The position numbers were made by a program, and so were the translations under genes. 58,225 nt of DNA from a virus (lineage: Duplodnaviria > Caudoviricetes): the IMG/VR virus record IMGVR_UViG_3300025173_000082, positions 1-58,225 of that record. One strand, written 5' to 3'. The notes under the pieces are model-generated. The model was not told the origin of the DNA. It worked only from the letters and a program-made list of their open reading frames with translations, and ran no database searches. Numbering within the stretch: the stretch's first letter is position 1; each line of letters begins with the position of its first letter. Positions 47,771 to 57,055 of this stretch are shown here, in pieces.

Positions 47771-50056
47771 CTATGAGAGCACGGCTACGCGAGAGCCGGT
47801 CCCGTTTTTACTGACCACAATCTGTGCTGGAAACGTCGTCTTCATTTCATCCACATGCGTCACCACGATCACGCGGGCAAAGTCCTCGGTCAACGCCGCG
47901 AGGCAGTCCCGCAACTGCGCCAGCCCGTCCTCATCCAAGCTGCCCAGCCCTTCGTCTATCACGAGTGTTTCCAATCTCGCACCGGCCCGGTTCGCGAGGA
48001 GCTTCGACAGCGCCACCCGAAGTGCCAGGTCAATGCGGAATTTCTCGCCCCCGGAGAAATTCTCGTAGCGGCGCTCTCCCAAGTCGTCACGGATGAGGAT
48101 GTCTAACGTCTCCGAGAGCGTGTCCCTCGACTTCGTGGCCTTCTGTGTTTCCAGCGACACCCGCATCCCGGTCCGCGTGATCTTCCCCAGGATGGTGTTT
48201 GCTGCCTGCTCCACGAACGGGATGGCGTTTTCCAGGATGAGCGTCGGAATCAGGCCGTAGGCATCCCGTAGCGTGAGCCACTGCCGCTGCGTCACATCCA
48301 GCGCCGCCAGGACAGGCTCCATCTGCTCCCAGGCGGTCTTCGCCGCCTCTGCCGCAGCCATGTCGGACGTCAGCGCCCCCATCTGTCCGGCACGGACCAT
48401 GCCCTCCGCATTCAACCGCGTGATTGCCACCGCCGCTGCGCCGATCAGTGCCAGCACGTCATCCAGCCTCCGCTGGATGGACGGCTGAGCCGCCAGCCGC
48501 TCATGCACCACGCGGAGACGGTCATCTATGGCCGTTATCTCCCCATCCATCTGTGCCCGATCAGCCGCCAGCCTCGGCAGGTCCCGCTCGGCATTGTCCA
48601 ACTCCGGCACGCGCACCGTGTACGTCCGGCAGTGCGCGATCTGGGCAGACAGCGACGTGCGCTGGTTGACCAGATCAGTCCGCTGTTTGCGGAGCACGGC
48701 CCGTTCTGCCTGGAGCCTAGAGACGGTCTGTTCAGGGGCTCCCTGTTTCAGTCCGTCCACCTGTGCGCCCAGGGCGACGCGGGTCGCCCGCGCCGCCTCT
48801 AGGTCGGGGGTCTCCAGCCCGCCCTGCGACAGTTGTTCGTACAAGCGAGGCAACTCTACCTGTGCGAGGACGGCATTGCGGGTGAACTCACACTGGGCTT
48901 GGAGATCGGCCCCGCACGGCACCCGTCCCAGCAGCGCGACTTTTTGCTCTGCCTGTGCGATCATGGTCCTCACGCGGCGCTCCTCCGTCTCCAGGTCGCG
49001 CTTTTTCTGCGAGAAAAACTGGTCCGTGCGCTCCAACTCCCGCTGTGCCATACCCAGTGCCGTCACCGCCCCTTGCGCGGCCTCCAGGTCGTGCTCCAGC
49101 CGTTCCTCGGTCGGGCCGAGATCGCGTTCACGCAATGCAAGCGCGGCCTGTTGCGCCTCCAGTTCGGCCTCCTCTGCCACCTTCGCCCTGATCGTCGCGG
49201 CATTCGCCACGATCTTCTTGGCCCGATCCAGATCACCCCGAAGCGTGAATCGCCCGGCATCCAGACGCTTGCGCCGATCCACGTCCACGCCGCCCGCGCT
49301 CACTACCGCCGCAATCTCAGCCAGTGTGGTACGGATGGACGGCTCCTCCTCCCGCAACGCGGCCAGCCCGTCCAATTCGTGCCGCAGGGCGGTCTGCATC
49401 GCCGCCTCGTTGCGTTGGAGGTCCTGTTTCCGGGCGAGCAGCCCTGGTAGCAGATCGGCTTGGAGCCGCAGACGCGCCGACTCCTCACGTTTCGCCGTCG
49501 CCGTCGCCACGGCCTCAATCGCCTGTTTCGCGGCCATGGCCTTGAGTTCGGCATACTGGTCCAGACGCAGGATGGCGGCCAGGATGGTTTTGCGCTCTCC
49601 TGGCGTCGCGCAGGAGAATTGATCCGCCTTGCCCTGCACGAGAAAACAGGAGGAGGTTAGCGTGTGATAATCGGCCCCCAGGATTCTGGTGATCCAGGCT
49701 TGGGCCTGGTCTACGCCGGTCGCCACGGGCGTCCAGTCGTCGCCTGCCCGCACACTCACCGACAGGTCGGACTTCCCAGCCTTGGTTTTGAGGCTCCGCT
49801 TACGGAGCACCCGATAGGTCTGCCCTGAGACCGTCATGTCGAGCCCGACTGCCATCGCATCGGCCCCCGTGTGGAGCATGTCGTCCGTGGCCGTCCGGCA
49901 CTTGCCGGTCAAGGCCCACAACGGCGCATCCACGAAGGCCGTGGATTTTCCCGCTCCGTTCGGCCCTGTGACAGCCGCCGCAGGCAGGTCCGTGAGGTCT
50001 ATCGTTTCGTTCTCGTAGGAGCCGAAATTCAGAAGAGTCAGTCGCTCAAAAATCAT
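47771..50056 (-). CDS. sbcC: SbcC/Rad50-like SMC ATPase
   Basis: GPNGAGKST, coiled coil, FSGGE, VIDEGLGSLD, VVTH. Confidence 0.9.
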   Translation of the reverse strand: MIFERLTLLNFGSYENETIDLTDLPAAAVTGPNGAGKSTAFVDAPLWALTGKCRTATDDMLHTGADAMAVGLDMTVSGQTYRVLRKRSLKTKAGKSDLSVSVRAGDDWTPVATGVDQAQAWITRILGADYHTLTSSCFLVQGKADQFSCATPGERKTILAAILRLDQYAELKAMAAKQAIEAVATATAKREESARLRLQADLLPGLLARKQDLQRNEAAMQTALRHELDGLAALREEEPSIRTTLAEIAAVVSAGGVDVDRRKRLDAGRFTLRGDLDRAKKIVANAATIRAKVAEEAELEAQQAALALRERDLGPTEERLEHDLEAAQGAVTALGMAQRELERTDQFFSQKKRDLETEERRVRTMIAQAEQKVALLGRVPCGADLQAQCEFTRNAVLAQVELPRLYEQLSQGGLETPDLEAARATRVALGAQVDGLKQGAPEQTVSRLQAERAVLRKQRTDLVNQRTSLSAQIAHCRTYTVRVPELDNAERDLPRLAADRAQMDGEITAIDDRLRVVHERLAAQPSIQRRLDDVLALIGAAAVAITRLNAEGMVRAGQMGALTSDMAAAEAAKTAWEQMEPVLAALDVTQRQWLTLRDAYGLIPTLILENAIPFVEQAANTILGKITRTGMRVSLETQKATKSRDTLSETLDILIRDDLGERRYENFSGGEKFRIDLALRVALSKLLANRAGARLETLVIDEGLGSLDEDGLAQLRDCLAALTEDFARVIVVTHVDEMKTTFPAQIVVSKNGTGSRVAVLS

Positions 50057-50081
50057 ACGGTCCTCCTTCGATTCAGAGTGC

Positions 50082-51284
50082 TCACCCGACCTCCGCCATC
50101 AGATGCCGGTGTTTCTCCATCAGCGCGGGGAGTTCGGCCTCGGCCACATGCCCCGTCACCACCCGCAACACCGCCTCGTCAGCCGACATGACGGCCTGCA
50201 TCCCCGCATCGCGCGCGCGGTCTTCGCGGGCAATCTCCAGGTCGCACTGGATGGCACCCGGCAGACTCGCAATCAGCCGCGTGGCGGCCGCATACTCCTC
50301 CGGCGTCACCGTGTCCTTCACGCGATAGACCGTGCCCGGCGTCAGGTCCAGAGTTTTCAGGTCCGCCACCCGCACAGTCTGATACGTCCGTGCAAAGGGA
50401 TTCGGGACGACCTCGACCTTGGGCGTCTTTCCGGCCTCCACCTCCACGAGCAGAAAGCCCTTGCGCTCATGTTCTTCTCCGAAGCTGTTCCGCATCAGGC
50501 TCCCGCTGTACCACGCGCGCTCCCCAACGGCTTGCGCCTGATGAATATGCCCCAGCGCGACGTAATCGAACGCCTCGAATGCGTCAGCGGGCAGCAGAAT
50601 GTCATGGGCCAGTGAGCGCGGCTGATCCCCTACTCGTGCGCCGTCCACCGAGCCGTGCGCGAGCAGGATACGTGGGAGCAGGACGTGGCGCGGATGAGCG
50701 TGGCCCTGGGAACCGTTCACGTCACGTGACATATCGGACGACACGTGGGCTGAGAATCCGCGCACAAGCGCCCGGAGACCGTCATTGATCGCGGCGGTGA
50801 CCGCCTCCGGCGTCAGATCGGCCGCCGCCTGGTCCGCCAGGAGTCGGCCCCGCGTGGGATACGGTAAGAGACAGAGCGCCACCGGCCCGGCACTGGTGTC
50901 GAGCGTGTACGTGTCGGGGCGCTCGAAGATGAAGACATTCTCCAACCCTTTCAGGCTTTCCAAGGCCGTCGCATCCGAGGGCGACTGCGAGATGTCATGG
51001 TTGCCCGCGACGATGACGACCGGCACCTTCGACGCCATCAACATGATGGCCCTGAGAATCACTCGGATTTCGTTGGCGTGGGGGCGGGCGGAATCGAAGA
51101 CATCGCCAGGGATCACCACGGCGTCGCAGCATCCATCCACGACCGCCACGGTATAGGCATAGTCCAGGGCACGGGCGAGATCGGTCAGCGATTGATTGAG
51201 GCCGGTTGCAGGGTCGATCACGGTCTGCCCGGCCATGGTCGCGGCATTGGCCGGATGCAGATCAGCAAGGTGCAAGAGTCGCAT
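50082..51284 (-). CDS. sbcD: SbcD/Mre11-like nuclease
   Basis: ADLH, GDVFD, GNHD, ALGHIH, YSGS. Confidence 0.9.
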   Translation of the reverse strand: MRLLHLADLHPANAATMAGQTVIDPATGLNQSLTDLARALDYAYTVAVVDGCCDAVVIPGDVFDSARPHANEIRVILRAIMLMASKVPVVIVAGNHDISQSPSDATALESLKGLENVFIFERPDTYTLDTSAGPVALCLLPYPTRGRLLADQAAADLTPEAVTAAINDGLRALVRGFSAHVSSDMSRDVNGSQGHAHPRHVLLPRILLAHGSVDGARVGDQPRSLAHDILLPADAFEAFDYVALGHIHQAQAVGERAWYSGSLMRNSFGEEHERKGFLLVEVEAGKTPKVEVVPNPFARTYQTVRVADLKTLDLTPGTVYRVKDTVTPEEYAAATRLIASLPGAIQCDLEIAREDRARDAGMQAVMSADEAVLRVVTGHVAEAELPALMEKHRHLMAEVG

Positions 51285-51312
51285 ACATCCTCCTTCGGTT
51301 GTGGTGATCCTC

Positions 51313-52470
51313 CTACTCGAACGGCAGGGAAGGTCCCGACACAGTGGGCATCGCGCTCAATCGCTGAAAGAAGGCCAACCGTGCCGACGCCGCCCAGGAG
51401 CGGATCGGCCCGGCGATCTTGCCCTTGTATCCCTTCGTCCGCGCCAGCGCCGCCAACGTCCGCTCCTGCTCGCCCGCATCGAGGCCGCCGAAGTCGGCGA
51501 GCAGCGAGTCCGAGACGGAGAATTCCGCCGGAGCCGTTGGAACGGGAGGCGGGACCACGCCACCGGTCAGGGTTGCCGCGACCGCCTCGGCCTTCGCGCC
51601 ATGGTCGGGCTGATCTGGCAGATCGTAAATCACTGCGTCCTCATGGTCGCCGCCGCCCGGAGGCAGCGCCGAGAGCCCGGACTGAACCGGCGTGGTCGGA
51701 GCCGCCGGATACAGATGCTCGATGGCCCCCGACGACGAGGCCAAGAGAAACGCCCGATCCTGCGGGTGATTGGGGTCCGGCTCAAAGACGAGCTTAGGAA
51801 ACACAAAGGGCTTGGCCAGTTCCGCTGGCGTGTACGTCTCTCGAATCCCCAGGCTCTTGATCGCCCGCGCCATCGCGCCGGTCTGCGCCCGCGCCAAGAG
51901 ATGTTTTTTGATCTGGAGCGCGTCCACGCGGACCTTCTCGCGCACCCAGGTTGCAATCGCGTCCGGCGTCGGGAACGCCTTGCGGAACTCAGGACCGTCC
52001 TTCTCGTCCGCCAGATACCGCTCCGACTTTTCGCGGTAGTTGTCGCGTAACTCCTCGATCACCGTGTCAATGCGGATTTCTTTGTCGCCCATGAGGGTCC
52101 GCCATGTGCCGTCCAGTTCTTGCACGATGCCGACCATCCGGTAGGCACAGTAGCCAGGGTCGCGCCCATCGTCCTGACGGCGACACTCCTTCTGGAGCCA
52201 GCGGATGCCGAGGGCGCCGGCAATCTTTTTGAGGCCCAAGGCCGACAGACTCAGCCCTCCCCCCTTTTGGGGGTAGACCTCCTTGTGGTTCGGATCATGG
52301 TCAATGTGGACCATGACCACCACGGGCCGGTGCATGGGCGGCACAGCCTGGATGGTCAGCGGTGCGAGTACATGAGAGCCGCCAGCCTTCTCGGTAGCCA
52401 GTTGGGCGTTGATGCGCCCGATGAGATCGGCATCGGATTGATGGGTGGCGAGTGCAGTATTGGTCGTCAT
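51313..52470 (-). CDS. Putative recombination/ssDNA-annealing protein
   Basis: First gene upstream of sbcDC; GAAGGAGG RBS; function inferred from context only. Confidence 0.45.
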   Translation of the reverse strand: MTTNTALATHQSDADLIGRINAQLATEKAGGSHVLAPLTIQAVPPMHRPVVVMVHIDHDPNHKEVYPQKGGGLSLSALGLKKIAGALGIRWLQKECRRQDDGRDPGYCAYRMVGIVQELDGTWRTLMGDKEIRIDTVIEELRDNYREKSERYLADEKDGPEFRKAFPTPDAIATWVREKVRVDALQIKKHLLARAQTGAMARAIKSLGIRETYTPAELAKPFVFPKLVFEPDPNHPQDRAFLLASSSGAIEHLYPAAPTTPVQSGLSALPPGGGDHEDAVIYDLPDQPDHGAKAEAVAATLTGGVVPPPVPTAPAEFSVSDSLLADFGGLDAGEQERTLAALARTKGYKGKIAGPIRSWAASARLAFFQRLSAMPTVSGPSLPFE

Positions 52471-52497
52471 ATATCCTCCTTCGGTTGTTTCAATCCT

Positions 52498-52521
52498 CGC
52501 CCGCCCTCCCTTGGGCGGGCG
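52498..52521. other. GC-rich hairpin upstream of the recombination genes
   Basis: cgcccgccc-tccctt-gggcgggcg; no U tract. Confidence 0.5.
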
Positions 52522-52531
52522 CACTCAAAGA

Positions 52532-52672
52532 TCAGAGCGCGAACGGCAGTTGCCAGCCCGCCTCACGGAAGCACCGCCTGAGCACTTGCGCGGGCGATAG
52601 GCGCAGACGCTTGGCGAGCGCGGTGAGTTCCCGTTTCTCCTTCGCCGTCACGGTGAGGCTAATCGTCGTCAT
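52532..52672 (-). CDS. RHH-like protein (46 aa); not in ORF track
   Basis: Hand translation MTTISLTVTAKEKRELTALAKRLRLSPAQVLRRCF; AAAGGAG RBS. Confidence 0.65.
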   Translation of the reverse strand: MTTISLTVTAKEKRELTALAKRLRLSPAQVLRRCFREAGWQLPFAL

Positions 52673-52854
52673 GCTGGGTCTCCTTTCTTATGCTTATGGG
52701 ATGATCCTTCCTTATGGTGTAGCAATTCCTTCGGCGTCATGCGGCGATTCTCCCGTGGCGGCTTCGTCCGGGCGAGAAACCACGCAAAGCCCACAAGACC
52801 GATCACGAGCAGGATCATCAGGATCACCGCAGCAATCTCAGCGGGCACCATCAT
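52669..52854 (-). CDS. Small single-pass membrane protein
   Basis: Hydrophobic helix; GAGG RBS. Confidence 0.55.
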   Translation of the reverse strand: MMVPAEIAAVILMILLVIGLVGFAWFLARTKPPRENRRMTPKELLHHKEGSSHKHKKGDPA

Positions 52855-53183
52855 CGTCGTGACCTCACCGCGCCTACCGCCTCGCTACTATGCGAGGCGA
52901 CATTGCATACTTTCGTAGCACTAGCCAGGACCGGCTCGTCGTGGGCACACTGCCCAGCATGATGTGGATGCTCCACCCGCAAATCTGGACTCAACAAGCG
53001 CAGGACGCCCTCAAATCCGAGTTGCCGCCACTGATGCTTCAGGACACCCTGCAACAGCGCGAGTTCCAATTTCTGACGGGCATACGTCCCCACGGTCACC
53101 TTTTCTCGAAACGCCAACGCCTCCGCCATCTGTTTGACGAACGGATCAACGCGAATGGGAAGGACTGGATCGGGCAGGCTCAT
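52851..53183 (-). CDS. RHH-like regulator
   Basis: LPIRVDPFVKQMAEALA..EKVTVGTYARQKL; ATGA coupling. Confidence 0.55.
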   Translation of the reverse strand: MSLPDPVLPIRVDPFVKQMAEALAFREKVTVGTYARQKLELALLQGVLKHQWRQLGFEGVLRLLSPDLRVEHPHHAGQCAHDEPVLASATKVCNVASHSSEAVGAVRSRR

Positions 53184-53359
53184 GGTCGGGTCTCCTTTCT
53201 GGGGCTACGGCTGTCGCTGTACCGATCAATGAGCGCCCAGCGCATGATGGCGGAGCGGGATACGCCCATGCTGACCGCCTCTGCATCAATCTTCTTGACG
53301 ATTGAGAGCGGCATCTTACTGCCGATGACGATCTCCTTAAGTTCACGTTTGCATTGCAT
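53180..53359 (-). CDS. RHH regulator, first gene of the early operon (apparently leaderless)
   Basis: VIGSKMPLSIVKKIDAEA..MGVSRSAIMRWAL. Confidence 0.75.
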   Translation of the reverse strand: MQCKRELKEIVIGSKMPLSIVKKIDAEAVSMGVSRSAIMRWALIDRYSDSRSPRKETRP

Positions 53360-53366
53360 GTTGTGG

Positions 53367-53395
53367 AATGTAGCATTGAGCACAACAATTGTCAA
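53367..53395 (-). promoter_or_regulatory. Leftward early promoter within an ACAAC/GTTGT box cluster
   Basis: TTGACA-17-TACATT with extended -10; many ACAAC boxes across 53360-53442. Confidence 0.8.
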
Positions 53396-53460
53396 CAACA
53401 AAACACAACTTTTTTATTGTTGTGCTAAGTTGTCGAAACAACTACAGTTTTAAAGTGGAG

Positions 53461-53709
53461 ATGGAAAAGAAAAGCATCGTGCGCGGCGGGGTGCGCTGGC
53501 CTCACTCTGTTTGGCAGCGTCTTGAGGAACTAGCGCGACAGCGTTCGTTGAAACCGATGCAAGTAGTCCGTGACATCGTGACAAGCCACTTCACTAAGAC
53601 GGCGGATATCGGTGATCGAATGGCGATGATGGAAACGGAGATCAAAACCATCAAAGAGCAAATGGGGCACTATCGGACCATGGGGCCTACACGAAAGGTT
53701 GCCTCTTGA
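53461..53709 (+). CDS. RHH regulator, candidate immunity repressor
   Basis: GVRWPHSVWQRLEELARQRSLKPMQVVRDIV plus coiled-coil tail; divergent from the early operon. Confidence 0.65.
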   Translation: MEKKSIVRGGVRWPHSVWQRLEELARQRSLKPMQVVRDIVTSHFTKTADIGDRMAMMETEIKTIKEQMGHYRTMGPTRKVAS

Positions 53710-53775
53710 GGTTGGTGCCGCGCGTGGAACCAGCAGCTGGCAATCAATTGCGCCTGTTTGAGGAGTAAAGACTCG

Positions 53776-54945
53776 ATGGGATTTCGGTTTCGGAAAACAT
53801 ACCGCTCCGGCCCCTTCCGACTGAATCTGTCCAAGACAGGTATTGGGTGGAGCGCGGGCATCCCTGGCTTTCGCTGGACCGCTCGCGCCGACGGCAAGCG
53901 ACAGACCACATGGAACATCCCCGGCAGCGGAATCTCCTATGTCAAGACAACAGGGAGGACCTCTCAGCCTACTCATGAGAAAGTCCTCACAGGCATATCC
54001 ATAGCAGGCTTTCTCACCGGCATGTTCGTTTTCTTGGCTGGGCATTGGCTTGCCGCCTTAGTGATAGTATGGCCGTCGGCCATTTGTCTCATTGCTGGTA
54101 TCAGGCCGGACGTGAAGCCCACCGACGCCAAAAACGCAGATGAGGAGTTCTACCGAGAGGTTGCGAGAGCGGAAGGGCGAGACGAAGAAGAGTTCGTCAC
54201 TACTGTTAGGCGCACCGAAGAAGAGTGGGCTGCGGTTGCTGGCGATCCCAGACGGCGCGAGGCCGCCGCCAAGACCGTCAATGCCTTTTTAGCAAAAGAA
54301 GAAAATTGCTGGGGTCTGTGGGACTGGTTGGCAACCATGGATTCGATAGGCGAAGGTGAACTCTTGGTCGCATTGGAGGACCGATACGGGTTCGACACCA
54401 TGACCGCGATCTGCCTCTTGAAGGCGCTCGAAAAGAATAAGTGGGTAGGTCCACGTGATGACAATGGACGGCGCACCGTCCTGATTCCGAAAGCCACACC
54501 CAGGAATGCCACCGAAGATGATCCGCTCTATGAGGACCTCGTGGACTGGATAGCGTCGTTCGCGCATATTTCAGCATCCGACATTCAAAGGCGCTACCAG
54601 ATCAGTTTTCCACATGCGATGTGTTTGGTAGAACGTCTGGAAAAAGATGGCAGGATTTCTCCCATGGGACCTGATGGACGCCGCACAGTGTATCCTTCCA
54701 GCACTCGTCGCACAACGCCCCAAGCTCCATCACCCCCGCCAACCCCTGATCCGTGGGCTGTCCTGAATCTTTCTCGAACGTCAACACGAGACGAGTGCCA
54801 AACTGCCTTTCGCCAGATGATTGCTCAGTATCACCCTGATAAAGTGGCCCATCTCGGACCGGAGTTACAGACTGTGGCTGCCCAAAAAACCAGGGACATT
54901 CTGCACGCCTATGACGCCATCAAACAGCAGCAGAGATGGACATGA
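53776..54945 (+). CDS. DUF4236 + 2 TM + FtsK-gamma-like x2 + DnaJ (DjlA-type) domain protein
   Basis: MGFRFRK..GPFRLNLSK.G; DPLY...SASDIQRRYQI...LEKDG.ISP..R.V; YHPDKV. Confidence 0.8.
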   Translation: MGFRFRKTYRSGPFRLNLSKTGIGWSAGIPGFRWTARADGKRQTTWNIPGSGISYVKTTGRTSQPTHEKVLTGISIAGFLTGMFVFLAGHWLAALVIVWPSAICLIAGIRPDVKPTDAKNADEEFYREVARAEGRDEEEFVTTVRRTEEEWAAVAGDPRRREAAAKTVNAFLAKEENCWGLWDWLATMDSIGEGELLVALEDRYGFDTMTAICLLKALEKNKWVGPRDDNGRRTVLIPKATPRNATEDDPLYEDLVDWIASFAHISASDIQRRYQISFPHAMCLVERLEKDGRISPMGPDGRRTVYPSSTRRTTPQAPSPPPTPDPWAVLNLSRTSTRDECQTAFRQMIAQYHPDKVAHLGPELQTVAAQKTRDILHAYDAIKQQQRWT

Positions 54946-55457
54946 AGCGCAACATGACTCTCATCAGCGTGATCGCTCTCTTTCTCCTGCCCCTGACGGT
55001 TCAGGCTGGATCACCGACGAGTGAGTTCGTAGGCCGCGTGGTCGGCGTCTCGGACGGCGACACAATCAAGGTCATGCACAATGGCAAGGAGGAGAAGATT
55101 CGGCTGCTGGGTATTGACTGCCCGGAGAAGGCGCAGCCGTTCGGCTCCAAAGCCAAGCAGTTCACGTCAGGACTGGCGTTTGGGAAGACTGTCACCGTCC
55201 AGGTCAAGGACACCGACAAGTACAGGCGCACCATAGCCAATGTCCTCCTGCCTGATGGTCGAGTGCTCAACCGTGAACTGGTGGCCGCCGGGCTTGCCTG
55301 GTGGTATCGCACATACTCGCAGGATGAGAGCCTTGGCCTGTTGGAGATAGAAGCCCGAACTGCCAAGCGTGGCCTGTGGGTTGACCAACACCCCACGCCG
55401 CCGTGGGAATGGCGCAGGGCTAAGAAAAACCATGACGTGAGAATCTTCAACCCGTAA
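54942..55457 (+). CDS. Thermonuclease (SNase) family, exported
   Basis: Signal peptide; VSDGDTI, IRLLGIDCPE, DKYRR, GLAW, AKRGLW. Confidence 0.92.
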   Translation: MKRNMTLISVIALFLLPLTVQAGSPTSEFVGRVVGVSDGDTIKVMHNGKEEKIRLLGIDCPEKAQPFGSKAKQFTSGLAFGKTVTVQVKDTDKYRRTIANVLLPDGRVLNRELVAAGLAWWYRTYSQDESLGLLEIEARTAKRGLWVDQHPTPPWEWRRAKKNHDVRIFNP

Positions 55458-55477
55458 TCAGCCATTGCAGAAAGGAG

Positions 55478-55957
55478 ATGAGCGTGAGGAGCCCTGTCAG
55501 ATTCATTGCGGGAATGGCGCTGTTCGTGAGTGTGGTGTCCGGCACCGCAGGGTTTGCCGCGACTAACACCCTGGACGCCCTACTCGAAAAAAACGGCTTC
55601 TATAAGCCTATCTCTTTACCTGAGTGGTTGGCAAAAAAGGCCGGACGCATGCTCCAGCGTCATAGAGTGAGTGCAGACCTGGGTCCCATGCGAGCGATCC
55701 TCTTTGGAAGCCAGCGATACAATAACAAGAACATATTTATTTCTGCGGCTTACAGCGGAGTGCATAAGGAAAATCGGGTCGTGATCGAGACTGGTGTGAC
55801 CAACTTGCGTGGGGTCCCACGGTATATGATCCTGGAGAAAGTGAGCCCGCACGGCCCTCAACGCTTTGAATGCGTGGTCATGGTCCTCTCGAATGCGTCT
55901 GACCCGTATACGCACGTAAACACACCGTATTTGCGAGAGGTGGAGTGTCTAAAGTAA
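55478..55957 (+). CDS. Exported hypothetical protein
   Basis: Signal-peptide-like N-terminus. Confidence 0.55.
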   Translation: MSVRSPVRFIAGMALFVSVVSGTAGFAATNTLDALLEKNGFYKPISLPEWLAKKAGRMLQRHRVSADLGPMRAILFGSQRYNNKNIFISAAYSGVHKENRVVIETGVTNLRGVPRYMILEKVSPHGPQRFECVVMVLSNASDPYTHVNTPYLREVECLK

Positions 55958-56050
55958 TGCAACCAGATCACGACATGAGAATCATCAACATTCGAGACGA
56001 CGAGCAAGAAGCAGACGCGGAGAATAAGAATCCGTTATAAGGGAGGGCGC

Positions 56051-56350
56051 ATGACCACATCTACGAAACTGGCCCCGTGGGGCCTGGCCCTGGAAAATCT
56101 TCGCAAGGGCCAGGGCATGACCAAAGCCGATATGAGCCGTCACACCGACATTCTCAAGGATCAATACTTCCGCATGTGCCACTCGAAGCTCGGTCCCAGC
56201 GTCGTGATTCTCCATCGCTGGTTGATCGGCATGGGACTGACGTGGCAGGATTGGGCCGAGGAATTTACCGCCCACGCGAAGGGATCGGCCATCCTCACCA
56301 TGGGACAGGACAAGCGCCAATGGCAAAAGAGCGCCAAGCGAAGCCGTTAA
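56051..56350 (+). CDS. XRE-family HTH protein
   Basis: LENLRKGQGMTKADMSR...PSV..L; GGAGG RBS. Confidence 0.65.
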   Translation: MTTSTKLAPWGLALENLRKGQGMTKADMSRHTDILKDQYFRMCHSKLGPSVVILHRWLIGMGLTWQDWAEEFTAHAKGSAILTMGQDKRQWQKSAKRSR

Positions 56351-56723
56351 CCCCGTCCGTCGCGGTGTGCTACGCGCAGAGCCGACAGGTCAGCGACTGG
56401 CGGGCGCACTGCTGGGTCGCCCATCGGTTTGCCGAGGACTATTTGAAACCCATCGTCTACACGCTCGGCCCGTGCGCCGCGCCCCCACCTCCACCGGACC
56501 CGACGTGGTTCTTCCCCTGCCGCCTCGCCCAGCCACAAGCCTGGAAGATCACGCAGCGCCACCCGGCGGCCCTTCGCGCCCAGGTCGAGGTCGTGCTGCA
56601 CGCCTCCGATGTCCGGGCCTGTCCGCACATCCAGGACCTCGATGAATGGGACTTGCTGCAATGGGGGAAGCCAGATGGCATCTAAGAGGCCGCCGACTGC
56701 CGACCGAATATAAAAGTTAGGGG

Positions 56724-56753
56724 TTGCAAATATGTATCCTCATGAACTACTAT
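56724..56753 (+). promoter_or_regulatory. Promoter for xis-int
   Basis: TTGCAA-18-TACTAT; ATG 6 nt downstream. Confidence 0.6.
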
Positions 56754-56759
56754 CAGCGC

Positions 56760-57011
56760 ATGGGAACGGGAGCGCCATCGCACTTTCTCACGCACCGAGA
56801 GGCCGCCGCGCTCTTGCGGCAATCTCCACGCACCCTCTACAAGCGTGTGACGGGCCTGAACGCGCCCCCGCGTGTCAGACCGCCCGGATCACGCTGCTGG
56901 CTGTATCCGAGGGAGTCGCTACTCCAATGGGCCAACGGCCAGACGCCCACGCCACCTACACTCCCCTTGCCTCGTGTCACGGTGTACCACCGCAATCCAC
57001 GCTACCGATAA
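56760..57011 (+). CDS. Excisionase-like HTH protein
   Basis: FLTHREAAALLRQSPRTLYK...P...WLYPRESLLQW. Confidence 0.8.
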   Translation: MGTGAPSHFLTHREAAALLRQSPRTLYKRVTGLNAPPRVRPPGSRCWLYPRESLLQWANGQTPTPPTLPLPRVTVYHRNPRYR

Positions 57012-57055
57012 GACCGTCCTAACGGACCCGTCGAGAGCTTCTGAGGGAGGAAGCG

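Noticed and set aside
4389-52050. Many long plus-strand ORFs (e.g. 4389-5774, 34838-36463, 48528-49622)
   Set aside because: Antisense shadows of high-GC minus-strand genes, with no recognisable motifs.
56347-56685. Possible gene downstream of the XRE HTH
   Set aside because: No convincing start codon, RBS or motif.
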